DNA of 57,274 nt from an uncultured Clostridia bacterium (GTDB taxonomy: Bacteria > Bacillota > Clostridia > Christensenellales > UBA1242): positions 1 through 57,274 of the forward strand of contig CANQIX010000003.1 of the NCBI GenBank assembly GCA_947624105.1, read 5' to 3'. Shown here in pieces: positions 54,863-57,274 of the stretch. A model generated the notes under the pieces. That model ran no database searches, was not told the DNA's origin, and worked only from the letters and a program-made list of their open reading frames with translations. The translations under genes and the position numbers were made by a program. Position 1 is the first letter of the stretch. Each line of letters begins with the position of its first letter.

Positions 54863-56065
54863 ATGGAACTTTTATCACCAGCAGGCAATTTTGAAAAATT
54901 TTTAACTGCACTCCACTTTGGTGCTGATGCGGTTTATCTTGCAGGAAGAAGTTTTGGACTTCGTGCTTTTGCAGGAAATTTTTCTGACGAAGAAATCGTC
55001 GAAGCGGTCAAAATTGCACACAAATTAGGTAAAAAAGTGTATATTACGATAAATATTATTGCAAAAGATGAAGATTTTGTTGGTCTAGACAAATATCTTC
55101 TTTTCTTACACGATGTTGCAAAAGTTGATGCGGTTATCGTTGCTGACGTGGGCGTTTTGCAATATGTAAGGCAGATTGTGCCAGATCTTGAAGTGCACGT
55201 AAGCACACAAGCGAACATAATCAACTCATATTCGGCAAAGTTATTTGTAAGTTTGGGCGCAAAAAGATTGATTTTGGCACGCGAACTTTCGCTTGAACAG
55301 ATAAAAAACATACGAAAAAACATTCCAGATGACGTCGAACTTGAAGTTTTTGTGCACGGCGCAATGTGTATGGCATACTCTGGGAGATGCTTGCTTTCAA
55401 ACTATCTAACCGGCAGAGATTCCAATCACGGCGAATGTGTGCAGGCTTGCAGATGGAAATATATGGTGAGAGAAGTTTCGAGAGATGATGAACTTGAAGT
55501 GCAAGAAGATGAGCACGGTTGCTATATTTTCAACTCCAAAGACCTCAATATGCTTGAACATTTGCAAGAACTTAAAGATGCCGGTGTAAACAGCATAAAA
55601 ATCGAAGGGAGAATGAAGTCTGCTTATTACGTTGCAACTGTTACAAATGCCTATCGTATGGCACTTGATATGCTTCCAAATAAGCCTACTGAAGAACTTA
55701 AAAACGAACTTACAAAAACAAGCCACAGAAGATATACAACAGGGTTCTATTTTGGCGAAAAAGATAAGCAATTTAGAGAGGATTCTATGCCAATTCAAGA
55801 CAGCGATTTTGTTGCTGTTGTGAGTGAAGATAGCAACGGAAAGACTTGCGAAGTTGAAATGCGCAACAAATTTTCTGTGGGCGACACACTTGAAATTTTA
55901 TCTCCAAATAAGGACCTTTTGAATAAGAAATTGACGATCACAGAGATTGTATCTTCAAATGGAGAAAATGTTGAAAGTGCCAAAAATGTGCAGGAAAAAG
56001 TGCGAACTAACTGCAATTTTGACCTAAAAATTGGCGATATTTTAAGAACTATACCAAAAAAATAG
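54863..56065 (+). CDS. Peptidase U32 family protein (TrhP/YegQ-like tRNA hydroxylase)
   Basis: ELLSPAG, HVSTQAN, HGAMCMAYSGRC...GECVQACR, KIEGRMKS. Confidence 0.88.
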   Translation: MELLSPAGNFEKFLTALHFGADAVYLAGRSFGLRAFAGNFSDEEIVEAVKIAHKLGKKVYITINIIAKDEDFVGLDKYLLFLHDVAKVDAVIVADVGVLQYVRQIVPDLEVHVSTQANIINSYSAKLFVSLGAKRLILARELSLEQIKNIRKNIPDDVELEVFVHGAMCMAYSGRCLLSNYLTGRDSNHGECVQACRWKYMVREVSRDDELEVQEDEHGCYIFNSKDLNMLEHLQELKDAGVNSIKIEGRMKSAYYVATVTNAYRMALDMLPNKPTEELKNELTKTSHRRYTTGFYFGEKDKQFREDSMPIQDSDFVAVVSEDSNGKTCEVEMRNKFSVGDTLEILSPNKDLLNKKLTITEIVSSNGENVESAKNVQEKVRTNCNFDLKIGDILRTIPKK

Positions 56066-56081
56066 AAAAATAAGGGCGGAT

Positions 56082-56741
56082 ATGATAAGAATAACAAAGG
56101 ACTGGGCAAACCGTTTAAGAGGGGAATTTGACAAGGAATATTTCAAAAATTTGCAAAAGTTTTTGGAAGATGAATACTCGCGCTATGATATTTATCCTAA
56201 AATGGAAAACATCTTCAATGCGTTAAATTCTTGCAAGTTTGATGATGTAAAAGTGGTGATAATTGGGCAAGACCCTTATCACGAACCTCATCAGGCGCAC
56301 GGACTTTCGTTTTCGGTGGAAGAAGGAGTTGATTTTCCTCCATCGCTTGTAAACATCTTTAAGGAGATTGAAGACGACTTAAAGATAAAAGTTCAACCAT
56401 CTGGAAATTTATCGCGTTGGGCAAGACAAGGAGTTATGCTTTTAAACACCACACTTACCGTTAGACGCGGACAGGCAAATTCGCACCGCGGGCACGGGTG
56501 GGAAACTTTTACAAACGAAGTTATCAGGCAACTGTCTGTGAGAAAAGATCCGCTCGTCTTTTTGCTTTGGGGAAGCAATGCGCAAAGTTTTGAACCTATT
56601 ATCGAAAAACAGCACTTAGTTTTAAAAGCCCCTCATCCAAGCCCACTTTCTGCATACAGAGGGTTCTTTGGTTGCAAACATTTTTCAAAGGCTAATGAGT
56701 TTTTAATCAAAAACGGAAAGACACCAATCGATTGGAGTTAA
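56082..56741 (+). CDS. ung: Uracil-DNA glycosylase
   Basis: GQDPYH, GLSFSV, PPSLVNI, LLNTTLTV, HPSPLS. Confidence 0.97.
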   Translation: MIRITKDWANRLRGEFDKEYFKNLQKFLEDEYSRYDIYPKMENIFNALNSCKFDDVKVVIIGQDPYHEPHQAHGLSFSVEEGVDFPPSLVNIFKEIEDDLKIKVQPSGNLSRWARQGVMLLNTTLTVRRGQANSHRGHGWETFTNEVIRQLSVRKDPLVFLLWGSNAQSFEPIIEKQHLVLKAPHPSPLSAYRGFFGCKHFSKANEFLIKNGKTPIDWS

Positions 56742-56773
56742 TTACGCAATTTTGAAAAATTTTCATAAATTGC

Positions 56774-56802
56774 TTGATTTTTAGTCTGGTATTTGGTATA
56801 TT
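56774..56802 (+). promoter_or_regulatory. Promoter of tRNA operon
   Basis: TTGATT-17 bp-(TGg)TATATT. Confidence 0.6.
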
Positions 56803-56858
56803 AATAGAGCAAGTTGTCAAAAAGTTCTTTATTTGAATATAACTTATTGACATTGTGT

Positions 56859-56933
56859 GCGGGAGTGGCTCAGTGGTAGAGCGTTGCCTTGCCAAGGCAA
56901 ATGTCGCGAGTTCGAATCTCGTCTTCCGCTCCA
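56859..56933 (+). tRNA. tRNA-Gly(GCC)
   Basis: GCGGGAG...TTGCC-TT-GCC-AA-GGCAA...GTTCGAATC...CTTCCGCTCCA. Confidence 0.96.
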
Positions 56934-56987
56934 ATCTATGAAGTGGCGGGTTTGTATAATTTCTCAAATTCGCCATTTTTGTTAGAT

Positions 56988-57062
56988 GGTACCATGGCCA
57001 AGTGGTAAGGCAAAGGTCTGCAAAACCTTTATTCCCCAGTTCGAATCTGGGTGGTACCTCCA
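56988..57062 (+). tRNA. tRNA-Cys(GCA)
   Basis: GGTACCA...AAGGT-CT-GCA-AA-ACCTT...TTCGAAT...TGGTACCTCCA. Confidence 0.96.
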
Positions 57063-57100
57063 AAAAAATGCCCCAAAGTTTCTTTGGGGCATTTAATTAG

Positions 57101-57186
57101 GCCGGTGTGGCGGAATGGCAGACGCATGGGACTTAAAATCCCAAGTTCGAAAGGACGTGTGGGTTCGACCCCCACCACCGGCACCA
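57101..57186 (+). tRNA. tRNA-Leu(TAA)
   Basis: GCCGGTG...TGGGA-CT-TAA-AA-TCCCA, long variable arm, GGTTCGACC, CACCGGCACCA. Confidence 0.96.
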
Positions 57187-57209
57187 ACAAAAAAATTGCA
57201 AACGATTTT

Positions 57210-57274
57210 TGGTGGGGGTTAAAAAGCTTCGCTTTTTTAGCAAAACTTTGTTTTGCACGAACCCACACTGTGTG
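57210..57274. repeat. Inverted, hairpin-interrupted copy of the tRNA-Leu T-arm (cut by window end)
   Basis: tggtgggggt (57210-19) and cgaacccacac (57258-68) are the reverse complement of the tRNA's GTGTGGGTTCG|ACCCCCACCA, separated by two hairpins. Confidence 0.8.

Noticed and set aside
56815-56852. boxA antiterminator in the tRNA operon leader
   Set aside because: Only GTTCTTT matches and it sits within a leader hairpin; too weak to call.
56707-57268. Minus-strand ORFs over the tRNA cluster
   Set aside because: Antisense translations of tRNA genes.

Overview
AT-rich chromosomal backbone of a spore-forming Clostridia-type firmicute (inferred from a gerA-type operon, PdaB/AprX/YrzE-like genes and Spo0A boxes). 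It holds about 45 mostly housekeeping CDSs: alr, rsmD, glmS, secD/secF, tex, mcsA-mcsB-clpC, hpf, murG, parE/parC, ssb, tsaE/B/D, alaS, fhs, tlyA, pyk, secG-rnr-smpB, prfB (with +1 frameshift), a U32 protein and ung. It also has tmRNA and four tRNAs (Lys-CTT, Gly-GCC, Cys-GCA, Leu-TAA). I see no integrase, transposase, phage or CRISPR. Best leads: (1) two different tRNA genes (Lys, Leu) are each followed by an element with the same architecture but built from that tRNA's own sequence: an inverted copy of its T-arm, split in the T-loop by two short hairpins, which then folds back into a direct copy; at tRNA-Lys it regenerates the CCA end with a ~176-bp period. (2) The smpB stop codon lies inside tmRNA, so 5' maturation of tmRNA would leave a non-stop smpB mRNA cut at a codon boundary, a possible trans-translation feedback loop; this tmRNA also has a non-canonical T-loop and an expanded tag. 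(3) ParC has a 142-aa acidic N-terminal extension with sliding-clamp-like motifs. (4) The McsA/McsB/ClpC module is eroded (48-aa McsA, McsB catalytic Cys replaced by Ser) and is coupled to Tex and a dead amidohydrolase. (5) An orphan promoter-terminator pair defines a ~60-nt RNA next to tmRNA. All family calls come from motif recognition by eye; no database searches were run.
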